Position numbers and translations under genes: made by a program. A stretch of DNA of 64,000 nucleotides from Octopus vulgaris (taxonomy: Eukaryota). The DNA is taken from contig OX597814.1 of the NCBI GenBank assembly GCA_951406725.2, forward strand, positions 161,758,001 through 161,822,000, read 5' to 3'. The notes below the pieces were generated by a model that did not search any database, was not told the DNA's origin, and was given only the letters and a program-made list of their open reading frames with translations. Shown here in pieces: positions 62,991 to 64,000 of this stretch (the first letter of the stretch is position 1; each line of letters begins with the position of its first letter).

Positions 62991-64000
62991 TTCTTATCTA
63001 GTTATGAAGAACGCTAGTAGTTCTTAGTCATTCCCGGTGGATAGATGTGTTGCTGTTTAACCCAAGGCCAGCTAGCACCAGTTGAGCAGAGCTATTCCAC
63101 TACACCCCATGTAATTACAGCATTGCAATATGAATAGGTATAGTATAGTAATAATACATGTGTGACATCCTAAGGTGCACATTAGTATATGAGAATATAT
63201 GTGAATAGCAGAAAAATACTCAGAGTACACCTGCTATTTCTAACAGTTTAATACACACAGTCATTCAACTTTCTAGAATCAGTAACTGCATCTCCTTCAA
63301 ATCACATGAGAAGTGGGTGTTTTTTTTATTTAAAAAAATTTTATATCACATTTAGTGAATAATAGCCTCATTGATTACAGGTTTCCAATGGTTCAATCAC
63401 TAGTTCACTGCATTTCTGACAGTGATGGTGACAAAGGATTGTTAGTGTAGCTCAGATGGAACAAATAATACACAAGGCATTTTCGTTTGAAAACACCTGC
63501 TTTTCAGTTACTTTATTAGTGTTAAAATTTAGAAAGATATAGGATTGATCTGGATTTAAACATCAGCATCACCATCAAAAACAACAACTGAAGTGTGCAG
63601 AAGAGTAGAAGAGGAGGCTGTTGAAGTCAGCCTATATTATCAGAGGAAAGTCAAGATACCATTAACTTTAGTAGTTGATGGAAAAAAGAGAAATTAGGAG
63701 CCTTGAAGATATTGACTATATCTAATTAAAGCAGATTGCATTATGTCTGAATGCTTAATACTAGTGGTTGGTAGTATTGGCAGTCAACCATGATAATTAG
63801 AGGCCTATGTGTCAGGCCCTCAAAGCATTTAGAGTATGAGTAAGTGTGTAGATGAATAAATTGTAATTTATATATTCATTATTTATATTTCACAAAATAG
63901 TCATATTTCAGATATTGTTTTTGTCTTGTTTTACTTTCATTCTTAATGATGTTTTCCTTTTTCTATGTCCCTTTGATAAATAGAAAATTCATAATAATGT

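Overview
AT-rich, microsatellite-dense eukaryotic DNA. The mix of tRNA-derived SINEs, RTE LINEs with (GAT)n tails and TTAA/TA-flanked MITEs suggests a cephalopod (Octopus-like) genome; this is an inference from repeat content. The window is almost entirely intronic or intergenic. The only credible host-gene piece is a 118-nt minus-strand exon (9994-10111) encoding an ankyrin-repeat start. The rest is layered transposon debris: many RTE 3' ends and truncated RTEs, Dong/R4, CR1-like, Gypsy, pogo/Tigger and mariner fossils, hAT/piggyBac/mariner MITEs and three SINE families. The most notable signal is a set of type I hammerhead-ribozyme motifs in short Penelope-like/retrozyme-like inserts, usually beside (TA)n/(CA)n tracts. 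Six are complete or nearly complete (3721, 12992, 29765, 48211, 48413, 51127) and three are decayed copies of a seventh family. Most have an unusually long helix II and a palindromic helix III, some have non-canonical cores, and most lie on the host gene's sense strand. Also notable: a PHD-like finger inserted in the RTE reverse-transcriptase ORF, an RTE ending in three C2H2 fingers, and a templated insertion flanked by an 84-bp duplication. All folds and translations were read by eye; boundaries of old repeats are approximate.
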